A stretch of 64,000 nucleotides of DNA from Spironucleus salmonicida (lineage: Eukaryota): contig NC_090599.1 in the NCBI RefSeq assembly GCF_000497125.1, forward strand, positions 1,178,001-1,242,000. Direction: 5' to 3'. This document shows, one piece after another, positions 1 through 12,342 of the stretch. A program made the position numbers and the translations under genes. Each line of letters opens with the position of its first letter. Position 1 is the stretch's first letter. The notes beneath the pieces are model-generated. The model had not been told where the DNA came from. It saw only the letters and a program-made list of their open reading frames with translations, and made no database searches.

Positions 1-963
1 GTTTCTTGGGGTAGCAGTTTGTGCAGGAATTACTAAACTCTTTTGTTTACTAGCGTATGCTTGGTCTTAATGTTATAGGGACTGTAGGCAATACGAAAAT
101 CTGGTGAGTTCCACGCCTGGAATTTATTACAGCTTGGCAAAGGATGGATCACGCTGATGATTTACTTGGTGCTTAACGGACAGTTTTCCAAGGTATTTCT
201 AGATTAGTGATACACGAACTAGGGCATGTGAGTTTACATATTTACCTAAATGTATTAATAAGAGAAAAGTTATCTTGCAACACACAAAATGGTATCTGAA
301 GCGTCCTGATGAGTAGTTAAGTGTTTTGAAAGATAGTATTAAATGGGCGTGTATGTATATAAAATACTTAACTTGCTAATAAGGATGTAATAAAAATTAT
401 TGAGGATGGGTTTAGAGATCTTTATATCGGAGACTTCGACGTAAATATTAATTGGGGAATAAAGATTGAGAGTCGTAGGATAGAAAAGTTTAGACGTATT
501 TACTGATGGTAATTATGTGTGCTTGTAATCAGCAGGACGGGTCAACCCTTAAAAAATTCACCTTATATATATCCTAGGAGACAAATCTGGTATCGTTTCT
601 ATTCTGAAAAAGTTAGTAATTAAGCAACTTCTAGGTGGTAAACACGAATTTCGTGTGGAGCTTAACTGTTTGAACGCATAAAGAGCGGAAACACAGTTTG
701 GTTTTGCGGGAAATGCTCCTAATCTCATCATACGAGACTAAGCTATATATTTCATGAGCGAATTGAAGTAGTAAATAAAATAGAATCAATTTCTTGCTCA
801 AATAAGACCGCCAACATCGCAATAGCTCCCACAGCGAGTCGGCTTTCACGGGTGGAACTTCCTCATGAAAACGACGGTTGCTAGACTCAAATCATAACTA
901 AAATAACGCTTATAGTAAATATAGTCTAATATATGGGAGTATTGTATTATTAAAGTAGAGTGA
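1..963 (+). pseudogene. Frameshifted partial copy of the transglutaminase-like gene (pseudogene or low-quality consensus)
   Basis: Same sequence as 12954-13920, but indels break the frame repeatedly. Confidence 0.6.
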
Positions 964-1192
964 GTATAATTCACTTGGAGTCAGATTTATCGGCCGAATT
1001 TATTGTTAGCACTCTCTAGTTGCTTTTTATTATTACTCATATTTCGTTCGATCTTCTCATAAAAGCGTTCATATGCCGTAGTTCTCTTTATGAGTCATGT
1101 GCGACAATTTTTTAATTATTAAGTTTAAACAAAATGTCTATCCATTTTTAAAATTTCCTGCATAGTTGATTTATATGACACATAGTAGAGGT
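1..1192 (+). repeat. Direct repeat of 12954-14162 (3' part of the transglutaminase-like gene plus most of the adjacent small gene), carrying many small indels
   Basis: Base 1 gtttcttggggtagcagtttgtgcagg matches 12954 onward. Colinear to about 1192/14162, with frequent small, mostly 1-nt indels and a fuzzy end. Confidence 0.95.
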
Positions 1193-1742
1193 AATTCGAG
1201 CTGTGGTTCCCTAAAAAAAGCTGCAAGTCTGTTAATTTTTTACATACATCGCAGAGATAAACTTTTCGGTGTTAGTTTTATTTCTGTAAGAAATTCACTG
1301 GCTCTAATTTTGAGATTATTAATTTAAAATTAAAGTTATTAAAATCGAAAATGATATTTATCGACGATCTTTTAGGAATTTTCGCGAAGCTAATACCGAT
1401 TTGAATCCTAGCTTCAATACCCTATTTTAACCTAAAGGAAACTGCTTTCTTAAGGGTAAAGTCCAGATTTTCTAAAAGTTGCATTTTGAATTCAGCTTTT
1501 CGCTCCGATTTTTCTTATAGACAGAAGTTTATATTTTCCCCTATTAAGCAGCCCGCAAATCCGAAAATCTCTACTAATTACATCCAATTAATTGAAAATT
1601 TAACTCTCCGCTCCACCCTAAATTTCACAACTCCACACATTATTATACATTAATTACAACAATTTACGAAATTCCCTTATTTTTCTTTTCTTTCCACTCC
1701 ACAATTTTTAACTACCATTATTATATACCCAATTGACATCCA

Positions 1743-2994
1743 TCACTTTTCGCCCTTCCTCTCTCTGTCATCCCTCCTGACAATCTCAACCTTGTCTACG
1801 TAAGCCCATTCGGGCCCCACAAACGACCAATTCGGCCAAAACAGCCTCAATTTTGCTTTTAAACGACCTCAAGTTGCTTCATTTTCTGCTCTTCGCCGCC
1901 CTCGCAAAGCTGTTTTTTGAGCGCAATTTTCGACTCCAAATCGGCAAAATCGTTAAAGTTGAAGCCCGCATCCGCGAAAACGGCGATTCCGCTATAGTCG
2001 AAAAACGCGGTTTTCTTGCTCTCCTGGCGCTGCCTTTTGGCGCTCGAAACGACCACTTTCTGGGCGCTCATTTGCGCGATTTCGAGCTGCGAATCGATCC
2101 ACGAAATGAGTTTTTGCTTCGGCATTTCGTCGCTTTCGATTCTCGACGCGAAATCGATTTTCTCGATTTCGTATTTTCCGAATTTTTCGCTGAATTGACA
2201 TTCAATTCCACGAGTTTTTTGTTTATCGGAAGGCAATTTTTCCTGATTTCCTGCGTTTCCTTGTAGGCCTCATCGTGCAGTTTCTTGATTTCGTCGAATT
2301 GAGTCGCCTGGGCTTTGAAGGCGTCAAAAAGCTGCTGGTGAACGATTTTGAGCTTGTCGATTTCTGCGTATTTTTGCTTAATTTCGGCGTATAAGACGTC
2401 AGTTTCCTGCTTAATAAGCGAATTCTCTTCTCTTTCTTTTTTGATCAGTTCGAATTCCGTGTTCATGGTATTCCGAAGGTCTTTTCTGGTTATTAAAAGG
2501 TCCTTTTTCTCGCTGTTTAGGAGCTTGTAGGAGGTTCTGGCGGCTTCTACCTGCTCTTCGTCGATGTCTGGGAGCTGAATTTGGATTTTCTCGAGAGCTG
2601 TGATTTTGGTCCTTAGGGTGCCTTCTTCTTGCTTCGTATGCCTTTCGTGGGCGAAAATGTACTCTAATGAAGAAATTTAGGTCTAAATAGCTTCTCTGGA
2701 AGGCTTGATATGGCCTAAAACTTTTTTCAGCTCGTCGAGTTTCGGGTTCTAGAAAATTAGCTGGAAAGCGTCTTGCTGCTTCTAAATAGTGTCGATTTTG
2801 GCGTTTAATTCAGCTAACTTGGTCTTATTCTCTTGCATACTATTTTTAGAGCCGGAATCAGTTGATGAAGCCTATTTTGACTTCAAAACTTAGATTTGGT
2901 CTAAAATTTGTTTCTATTATTTTTAAACTTTCTGCTGCTCAGCTTTTACGGCGTCAAAGCTGGGACGGGGAGGAAGTGCAGGAATGGCTGACAT
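1743..2994 (-). CDS. Coiled-coil protein, possibly Bfr1/proton-pump-interactor-like; apparent frameshifts near 2190-2230 and 1810-1860
   Basis: MSAIPALPPRPSFDAVKAEQQK... long Q/K/E coiled coil. The protein-like sequence continues in other frames (EKFGKYEIEKIDFASRI..., EWAYVDKVEIVRRDDRERKGEK-stop in AGTGA context). CCACTCC lies upstream. Confidence 0.6.
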
Positions 2995-3329
2995 TATTTA
3001 AGAGGAGTGGAATGAAAATAAATTGATAAAATATGCTTTATAGTATATAATAACGCAAATTTTGATTGTAAAGGAAAGTAGAATCATACGATTGATTTAG
3101 ATTAGTAAAAATTTAAGAAAAAAGTATTTCATATTATTTATAAAATAAGTAAATTAGTATAAACATTTTTGAAGAACAATAATGTTGATAATTAATTTAA
3201 AAGTAGATTATATACTTAATGATCAAATAAAATTACGACGATTAATTCATTATAAGCAAAATTGAAATTATTAGGTAAAAGTATGGTTCGTGAAATAAAA
3301 AGTAATTACACCCATAATAATTACTCATC

Positions 3330-3882
3330 TCAGTATTGTATTTAAAAATTCATTTACTAACCCTTTTTCTTAGGTTAATAAAACTTTAAATTTATTTGTA
3401 TTTTAAACAATTATATCGCTAAAATAAAACCATAAGAAGGAAAATTCTTAATAGTTTTACCGTCCCTAGGAATTTTCTAGTTAGCTGTATAGAATATCCT
3501 ATTTAGCCTGTTAATTAGACTCTAGTTTATCAATAAGGTCCATAGAAATAAGAGGGTAAATATCGTTTAAGACAAACTATCTATCTTCCAACAAAATATA
3601 AGATTCGGTAAAATTGGTTGGGTTGTAAAGTTATTAAATTATTGCATCTTTAAGGACTTTTTTATCGCTAAAGTATGTTATAATTATTAGGTCCGACGGA
3701 TGATAAATCTGTGACTTAATAACTTAATTAAACGATTTGTTAAATTAACTTTCAAAACTAGATTTCATGGTGATAAGATTTATATGGTCGTGATTATTTA
3801 TAATGTTGATAAGTTTCTTCTCATCAATTTTTGTATTCATCATAGTTGCAAATAAATAGTATGATTATAGAATAAGGTTCAT
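3330..3882 (-). CDS. Hypothetical protein with a C-terminal hydrophobic segment (coordinates approximate)
   Basis: About 180 codons open with TAR=Gln (MNLILQSYYLFATMMNTKIDEKK...); no recognised motif. Confidence 0.35.
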
Positions 3883-4436
3883 ATTTTAATGATATTAATA
3901 TTTATATTATATAATAACTCTAAGCTTTTGGTTTATAATATCCGGAAACTCACTAAGTATGAGAGTTTATTTTTAGAATCAAATAAATAAATTACTTTAA
4001 ATAAATGATTCGTAACAAGATTCTAGTTTTTCTAATAGTTTCAGTTGATGCCGTATACTTTAGAACATATATTTTATACTCAACAATAATCTCAATACAT
4101 ATAACAATATAACTGATTATTTTATTCTTTATAAAATGTCTTAAGTTCGGTTATCAAAATTTATGTCTAGGAAATTCAAAGTAGAGCACCCTATTTTAAT
4201 TATAGACACGAATACAGATAATATAGTTTCCTATGATAAAGTTTTAACTCCTAAAGCTAGCTTAAAAAGGTTCATTTTTAAGAAAGCAGATAGAGCCATT
4301 AACGATGAATAATGACTGACAAGGGTAAATGTCATACTATTAAGTGATTTTATAGTTATATTGACATTATAGTCTATTCTAACGCAGATTGGTAATTATG
4401 GATAATAATTATTTTCCTTTTCTTTTCCTTTTCATA

Positions 4437-4958
4437 ATGCTAATTTAGTTCACTTCAACTCACCAAATTAATCTATAGGCTAATCTGCTTAACATTCCGT
4501 TTAAAGAAGCAGTTGAGATTTCTTTACGATAATAATTTACAGGAAGGTAGCTTGATAAACAGGGAATTTGTGTTGCAATATCAAAAGTAATTTCATATAC
4601 TTAACCAAAAATCTTATAAAATATGGGTAATTTATCACTTGAAGCTACATTTGAAGCTATAGTTTTTAGGCCTTTCCGTGGTGAGCGTATTTGGGCACAG
4701 GTAGAGTAATAAAATTTAAGTCAAATATAACTTTCGACCCCATTTGGCTCGGTGGTTGTTGCTAGATTAAACTTATTTGAGGGAAGCGAATTTGATGGTT
4801 AAGAGTGGATCTGGAGATTTTAAGGAGTAGAAAATTATATTCAAAATGGTAATACATGTTTTGTTAGAGTTATTGATGTAAAGGTAAATGGTGAAGGTAT
4901 TGAAATTTAGGCTAGCATGGATGAACCCGGCCTTGGGGATCTTAGATGGTGGAGATGA
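4437..4958 (+). CDS. RPC25: RNA polymerase III subunit RPC25/RPC8 (Rpb7 family)
   Basis: GICVAIS, ATFEAIVFRPFRGE, EWIW, C-terminal ASMDEPGLGDLRWW; 173 aa. Confidence 0.9.
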
Positions 4959-5080
4959 GTGAATTATATTTTAATTCATATTTGCCTATAAAATACATTT
5001 AATATTATATTTTATTGTTTCTTTTTTAAATTTTCTGTTTTTATAATAATATATTAATGTGATAAAGTATAATTTATATT

Positions 5081-5113
5081 CTGTCATTACCTATTTAATA
5101 AACTGTCATTACC
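5081..5113 (+). promoter_or_regulatory. Direct 11-bp repeat CTGTCATTACC just upstream of the zinc transporter ATG
   Basis: Identical 11-mers at 5081-5091 and 5103-5113 (22-bp period) in AT-rich intergenic DNA. A regulatory role is inferred only. Confidence 0.4.
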
Positions 5114-5131
5114 CAAAAATTGTGTTTATAA

Positions 5132-6484
5132 ATGGCGAAGTGCAAATCTGTTAAGGCTTAAAAAGACTAAGTCATACGTCCTACTGCTAAGTCAGGGGGA
5201 GATACAAGAAATACAAGAATGATCCTAATGATGGTTATGGTTGTAGGATATATGTTTGCAGAGCTTATTGTTGGTATTTATGGTAATTCACTCACATTGG
5301 TAGGAGATGCATTCCATATGATTTCTGATGCATCCGCTCTTGTTATTGGATATATATCCATAAAAATTGGTAAAAGAAAAGCTAGTGGAGAGTATACATT
5401 CGGATACTAAAGATATGAGATTCTTGGAGCTTTCTTTAATGCTAGTTTCTTAGTTTCAACTGCATTCTTTTTACTCACTGAAATAATTCAGAAATTTATA
5501 ACTCCAACACCAATAAGCGATGTTGACTTAGTTCTTTATGTTGCTATTGGTGGTTTAGTCGTTAATATTGTAGGAATGTTCTTATTTGGTCATAATCATG
5601 GAGGACACAGTCACGGTCACGATCATTCTCACGGCCATTCTCACGGTCATTCTCATGGTCATGATCATGAACACGATCACGAGAGTCATGAGGAATGTGA
5701 TGAACATGAGACCATTCATGACCATCATGAACATGATGAAGATCAATGTAATAAAGAGAATCTCTTAGGCTGCGATAATAATTATGAAAAAGAATCCCAT
5801 GATCATGAAGAAGAACATGATCATTGTTGCTAACATGATCATGCTGAAGTTACAGTAGAATCTGGTACGATATAAGTTTCTAATGAAATAGAACATAAGG
5901 TGAATCATAGTGATAAGCTCTAAGAATAGAAAAAGACGAAAAAGGTTGATATGGCCATGCATGGGGTTTTCCTTCATGTATTGGGCGATTTTATTGGCTC
6001 GATAATAGTTATTATTGCCGCATTATCCTAAAAGTTTGGGGCTCATCTTCCTGGCATCTCATATATTGATCCTAGCTGCTCATTAATCATGGTAGGTATT
6101 TTGGTAAATTCATCAATACCATTATTACGGGATTCTGGTAAGATACTTCTTCTACATTCATAAGTCGATTCAATAATGTTGAAATAACAAATATTAACAG
6201 TTAAGCACGTAGCGGGTGTTCATGAGGTTCACTCTTGGGCATTTACTCCTGAAAAATAAGTTGGCCATGTTCATATAGTAATGCGTAAAAGTATGCTAGA
6301 TTAATATGAGACGGTTGTATCGGATGTCAAGGAAGTATTCCATAAACATGATATTCATAATACTACAGTGGCTGTTGAGTTTGTTGATGATAATGAGAAG
6401 GATCTTGATGCATGTTTCGTTAAATAAGGTTGCAAAGCATTCACTGGTATGTGCTGTGAAGACTAAATACAAAAAATATAGTGA
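5132..6484 (+). CDS. Cation diffusion facilitator zinc transporter (ZnT1/Zrc1-like) with a long His/Asp/Glu-rich loop
   Basis: SLTLVGDAFHMISD, YTFGYQRYEILGAFFN, HGHDHSHGHSHGHSHGHD, GVFLHVLGDFIGS, YIDPSCS, VHEVHSW; 450 aa. Confidence 0.95.
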
Positions 6485-6497
6485 TTGATTTGGTCAT

Positions 6498-6920
6498 TCA
6501 AAACTATTTATTTTCTAATGCACTAACAAGAAATTTAAAGTCTTAGTAATTAATTTTCTTAGTCTTGCCCAATAAGCAGTAAATCTCCATTTCGCTTAGT
6601 TTCACATTGAAAAAATTAAATAACATGTTACTAACCAGAGGTATGTTAAGTGAATTATTGCCTTTCTGATCTAACGCTTTAAACAAAAATTCATCTCTAT
6701 CTTAATATTAATGTAGTTCGCTAAACGATTTAAATTCTTTCTTTTCGAGAAAACCACTATTATCTAAATCGAATGCCATTAAAATCTAATCTATGGTGAA
6801 CCCGAATCTAGCTGATAATTCTTACGCATAAGGTTCTAGTTCTAACATTGATATTTTACCGTCTTTATTATCATCTATCTTTTTCATGTCAAGAGTTTAT
6901 ACACCTGCACTACAGCCCAT
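6498..6920 (-). CDS. EF-hand calcium-binding protein with an N-terminal MGC acylation motif
   Basis: MGCSAG; EF loops DDNKDGKISMLE and DLDNSGFLEKKE; 140 aa. Confidence 0.85.
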
Positions 6921-7156
6921 TTAAGTAAAAAAATATGAATAACTTTATATATAAACTTATTAATATGTTCATTTAAACTGATTTCACAATAAATATATTA
7001 ATACGCTTTTGAGTCATAAATTACCAAAGCGAAAAACTTTAATCTAATTATACAATTAAGACATCTAAACTCCCAACCACCGTCTATATTCAATAAATAA
7101 ATTCCAACAAGTGAACATTTTATACCAAATAAATCGTACTTACAGAAACAGCGAAA

Positions 7157-7447
7157 ATGCTGAATTCCTTTCTGTGGGGACTCATTTTGGTAGTCTGGGC
7201 GGCGCTTGCACTGCATATCTGCGCTGTATTCGCTTCCTCGCGTCAGTTTCTCAACGAATTCAGCTACCGAAAGCGTACGAATCTGCTGATCCAAATGGCG
7301 CGAGAGAGGCAGACCACGCTGAGGATTGCACAGCGCGCGTTGAGGTGCGAGAACACCTGCGACATAATTCAGCGAAACATCGTAATTTTGGGCCAAAACC
7401 AAAAGGCCCTGGCAGCGAACGCCCGGAAACGGGCATTTTTGGAGTGA
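7157..7447 (+). CDS. 96-aa protein with an N-terminal hydrophobic segment; paralog of 13929-14219
   Basis: MLNSFLWGLILVVWAALALHICAVF...; stop in AGTGA context; ungapped similarity to the protein at 13929-14219. Confidence 0.7.
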   Translation: MLNSFLWGLILVVWAALALHICAVFASSRQFLNEFSYRKRTNLLIQMARERQTTLRIAQRALRCENTCDIIQRNIVILGQNQKALAANARKRAFLE

Positions 7448-7515
7448 ATTTTTAGCGCGTTCAATTTTGGACGAAATCCGACTTGCGCATTCAAAATTCA
7501 ATTCAAATTTGACTT

Positions 7516-8502
7516 TCACTTCCTCTGCCACATTCCTCCCAAATCTGCCTGCAACTCGTTCTGCATCTCTCGCAAATCCCACTCCTCGATGCTGCTGATC
7601 TGCAGCTCGAGATCGTTCCGGGCGTTGATCTGGGCGATGCAGAACGCGCCGCTTTCGACGATCTTCCCGGTCACGAGAAATGCATTTTCAGTGATTTTTT
7701 CGTTCCGGAAAACGAAGTTTTCGCTCCTTTTGAAGAGGAATTTTTTTCCGGAAGGAGCGAAAGTTTTAAGGTCGTTCAAGTACGTGGAAAGGAGGTCGAA
7801 TTAAATATTTTTTACGCGGCTCAGAATTGCTTGCCAGACCAGGAATGCGAGCAGCTCAACGTTGAGGAGTTGCAGGTCGAGCACGAGCGCGACGGTGGAG
7901 AGGCAGAAGTTAAGCCGCTGGCGATCGGTTTTCTCGACGAAGCTTGCGACTTCCAGCGCATTTTGGCCGAAGTTCGGCACCGAAATGCAGGCTTCTGGGC
8001 GATAGTTTCGGAGCAAGTTTGCGAAGTCCAGACCGACCTGGAAAGCGCCCTCGAGCCCGAATGCTGTGGAGGTCGCCACGCCGACGTGCATCTCACGCGC
8101 GGAAACGCGTGAAAATACTAGGGTAACCTGGAAACTCAGAGATTTGAAGATAATTTCGGCGGATCTGTGTGCAAAGGCTGACAGATATTCCGTTGAGGGC
8201 ACTTCAACGGGCTGGGGAGGTGTTTTCGAGAAAACTAGAACCCCTGCAGTCAACTTCGACTGTAGCGGGCGGTTTAGTCTGATCAACTGGTTAAAGGTGT
8301 CTAGGATGCGCTAGAACGATTCATGGGTCGTGAAAACTGTCAGAATGAAGTGAAATGGAGTTTTAGCCACGAGCGGTTTAGGAGGTTTGTAGAGAAAGTA
8401 GCGTTATGGGGAGTACGAGCGATTCGTGGCTGGATGGGTTGCAGGTTTTTTGATGCCAGAAGCGTTTTTGAGAATAAATGAGGGAAGCGCTGTAAGTGGC
8501 AT
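7516..8502 (-). CDS. Hypothetical protein (328 aa)
   Basis: ORF-track pieces 7801-8286 and 7516-7779 join in one frame with TAR=Gln; stop in AGTGA context. Confidence 0.65.
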
Positions 8503-9378
8503 TTTAAAATATTATATAATATATACTACATATTTCATTAATTTTGTTTTCTCTGTAGAATACCTCAAATTATTTCGTCCGACTTGTAATTTCTAAGTTA
8601 GCTGATATTATTTTTTCTATATAAGGTTTCAATTAACTCAACTCGCTGGTGTTGATAATGATAATATTCTTCTAGCCGTTATGTGAATTTATTATCAACA
8701 ATACATTCTTCTTCTAACATTTCAGGAGTCTTTAAAATCGATTTACATTTTTTATAACATGTTTACTTCTTAATAATGTACAGATTTTATTCCTTCTACG
8801 AATACTGAAATGCCTTATGGTATATGAAAAATAATATTATTTATTTCAGTTGTTCCTTCTTGTAGGCAACAATATCTATTACTTTAATTGGTTTTGCAAG
8901 AAAACTATTAATGTAAGCTTAAAGGTCATACTTTATCTATGATTTCTTAAGAATTTTCCAAAAGTTATATATATTTGTATCACATACCAAGTTTTAATAA
9001 ATTGTATTTAGATGATTTTCTTTGTCTTCATATTAAAAACTTGAAGTAAAATTACAATTATTGTTATAATCAGAATTGTTTTACTTACATTAAAATACAC
9101 CGGATAAATTGTCAATTTTATCATAGTTTTAGAACTTTTCCAAAACCTTCTGCGATTATGTGCCATTAGATTTTTTTACTAGCTACCCTTACTTAATTGA
9201 GTTATTACAATATATATATAAGAGTGCAAATTAAGCTTGACATTGCCAATAACTTGTTTTTAATAATGTTATTGAATCGCTTACGGGAACGCTAGCTATT
9301 TAATTTGTACTCTTTTCATTTATACCAAAAATACAACAAACATATAGAAATATAATACTATTTTATAGCAATAAAATA

Positions 9379-10122
9379 ATGTCAGACGATCTGAAAACGC
9401 AAGGTAATGAAGCCCTTAAACAGGGCCGTATTTACGACTCCATATAGCTATATTCTGAAGCAATATAAATAGACCCATCTAATCATATTATATTTTCTAA
9501 TCGATCTAATGCCTATTACTAAGATAAAAATTTCGCATTTGCCTTAAAAGACGCAACGGAGACAATTACCTTAGCTTCCAAATTTGAAAAAGGATACATA
9601 CGTGCTTATGATGCATTGGTTGCCTTAAATAGATTTCCTGAAGGAGTAAAGCAAATAAAAACAGGGTTGACCGCCATCCCAAGTGGACCAATTTTGACAT
9701 AAAAATACCAGGAATTCTAGAAGTTTATAATACCAAATCTGACTTCTATTCAGCTTATTACTAACCCAGTACCGTTTGTAAAAAACGTCCCAACAGTAAT
9801 AGAATGCTTTGCTACTTGGTGTGGGCCCTGCAAATAGATGATTCCCCATTTAGCAAAGTTCCAAGACACTTATAATAATAGGATAAACTTGATCAGTGTT
9901 TCTTCTGAACCTACCGGAAAACTGGAAGGGTTTCTGAAGGGAAATCCCGAAATGAAGCTGTACAACGTTGGATTTGACGGAAGCGGGGTGGTTTAGCATA
10001 TTATGGGTCTCCAGGGGGTATAGGGCATTCCACATTGTTTTGTTTACGATAAAGATGGAACCCAAATATTCAGCGGCCATCCCAGCCAGCTGGATCAGTT
10101 TGTCTGCAGTTTAGGAATCTGA
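9379..10122 (+). CDS. TPR (Sti1-like) plus thioredoxin/TlpA-like domain fusion
   Basis: LKTQGNEAL..YSEAIQIDPSNHIIFSNRSNAY..KGYIRA, then ECFATWCGPCKQMIPHL..GIPHCFVYDKDG..SGHP; 247 aa. Confidence 0.88.
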
Positions 10123-10183
10123 AGCATTTAAAATTCAATTATTATATAATAATTATAATTATATTATTTTCCTACTTCATTTA

Positions 10184-12286
10184 ATGTTTTATTCTTTGTC
10201 TGCCAAACTAACAGCTAAACGTGATCCAACATACCTGTAATTATCATTAGAGCAGAAATAGGTGTATGATATGGTAGTTTTTGAGCGTAAATCTGTATTT
10301 TTCACCGGTCAGGCGGGATCTGGTAAATCTTTCCTCATCCGAGCGATAATTCAGGGTCTGTAACGACTTTTGCTACCAGAACAGCTGGCTGTGACTGCAA
10401 TGACAGGAATTGCTGCCGTAAATATCGCAGGGTAAACGCTGCACTCCCTATTTGCATCACCTCTAAATTTTGACACGGAGGACCCCGAGACGAATGTGTA
10501 AAAACAGTTAAAAATGGCACTCGTGCGCCCTCCGCTGCGCGAGCGGTTGAATGCGTTACAGACTATCCTGATTGACGAAGTTTCGATGCTCCAGGGATCA
10601 GTTTTCGACACCCTGGAGCTGCTTCTCCGGAAGGTAAAAAGATCGAGCAAATTCTTCGGGGATGTGTAATTGGTACTCTGTGGTGACTTCATGCAACTAC
10701 CACCAATAAAAAAGTAGGGCCGGCCGAAGTTGCTGTTCGAGAGCAGCTACTTCTCAAAAATTATGTGCGTCAAGCTAACTGTTCAATTCAGATAGCAAGA
10801 CGACCAGCTTATCAACATGCTGAACAAGATCCGAAACGGTTAGGTTGACGACCAGGTTAAAAATTTGATTTTATCGCGTAAGAAAACCGAACAGGAGATC
10901 AACAGGGACGAGGAGAGCAAATTAAAATTTTCATATGGTTAGTGGAAATAGAACATTGAAAACATGAAATAATTTATTTTAAATTCAGAGTAGCAAAGTC
11001 TTAAAATGGGATTTTTTAAGAAGCTTGAGCTTCTTCATCAGACTAAAAATGCTGAAATTCAGATCAGGCAGGCAAAGTATGTACCGCCAGTTTTTCCTAT
11101 AAGGTTGTATGCTTACAAAACGCAGGTCGAATAATTTAACATATCTAGGCTTAATTCTCAGAAAAGGTAAGTTTTCACAGTTAATGCGTTAGATGAAGGT
11201 ATAACTGATAAGATAGAAAAGCCAGAGGCATAAATCTTATTCTCAATTGGAGCATAAGTCATGTTAACAAAAAATATAGATGTTACTGCTGGGCTGTGTA
11301 ATGGATCAGTTGGTATAATAGTGGAGATCAAATCTAAAACTGAAAGTTAGATACTAAATGTGATATTAGATGAAGTTGAAGTATTCGTAAAATTTAGTTC
11401 TTCTACTGTTCCAATAAAAAGTATTGATACAGAACAGATAGGCTCTAATGGAAAAGATAGAGTTGGCCTACGTAAATAACTTCCGTTATAGTTATCTTAT
11501 GCAATATCTATCCACAAATCATAAGGTTTAACTTTAGATGCGGCTGTTATGGATTTAAAGAATTGCTTTGAAAATGGGTAAGTTTATGTGGCTCTTAGTA
11601 GAATAAGATCATTAGAAGGTTTGGTGGTGACTGGAATTAATTTTGATAAAATAACAGCTGATTAAAGCAGTATGGTATTCTGCGAAGAAGTTAAAAGTAT
11701 TGAAGAGTTAGGTTTATTTCCGTCAGGAAATAACCTAATATAGTCATTTACAATCGAGTCAGATATTTAACTTACTAAAGAGTACGATTCTATACCAAAG
11801 TCAGTAGATTTACGTGTTAAAAGCCCACACAACATTAAAAAATCACCTACCTTAGAATTACCATTGTTCTCCTTAGCAGCCTCCAGTCCTATTTAAAACG
11901 AATTAACATCAGAATAGGCATCACCTTCGTTTCCTGTTCATTAGTAAGATTTATAAACATATATATAACAAAAGTCATAACAAATATGCACATAATCGCC
12001 TAGCTTGAAAAGAGGTAAACTAACAATAAAACCAAAAAATACTGAAGTAGTTTTCATAAAAGCAGCTGATGTGGTCGATATTAGTGATTCTGATAATCTG
12101 GTAGAACCAGTATAGAAATTATAATCACCTACTATAGAATCTTAGCCAAAATTAACATAAGAAGATGTCCCTATTATTCCTATTCTCCAAGATATAAATA
12201 TGGAAAGTAATGCTATTCATGAGGAACCTGAAAAATAAACACCTAAGAATTTCTTTGATTTTGAATATTATTTAAAATTTTTGTGA
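10184..12286 (+). CDS. PIF1: Pif1-family DNA helicase with a low-complexity C-terminal tail
   Basis: FFTGQAGSGKS, TAMTGIAA, LIDEVSM, GDFMQLPP, QFRQ, GLCNGSVG, QLPLQLSYAISIHKSQGLTLD, GQVYVALSR; 700 aa. Confidence 0.95.
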
Positions 12287-12342
12287 AAGAAGTTGCTAGA
12301 TTTCCTACAAGTTTAAGTGATAAGTTTTTCCCGCTCCAAAAA

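Noticed and set aside
5590-5850. Short periodic repeats resembling a tandem array or CRISPR
   Set aside because: They are the His/Asp/Glu codons of the zinc transporter loop; there is no repeat-spacer structure and no cas gene.
8560-9345. Possible minus-strand gene
   Set aside because: A long frame is open, but no in-frame start codon or motif could be established by eye.
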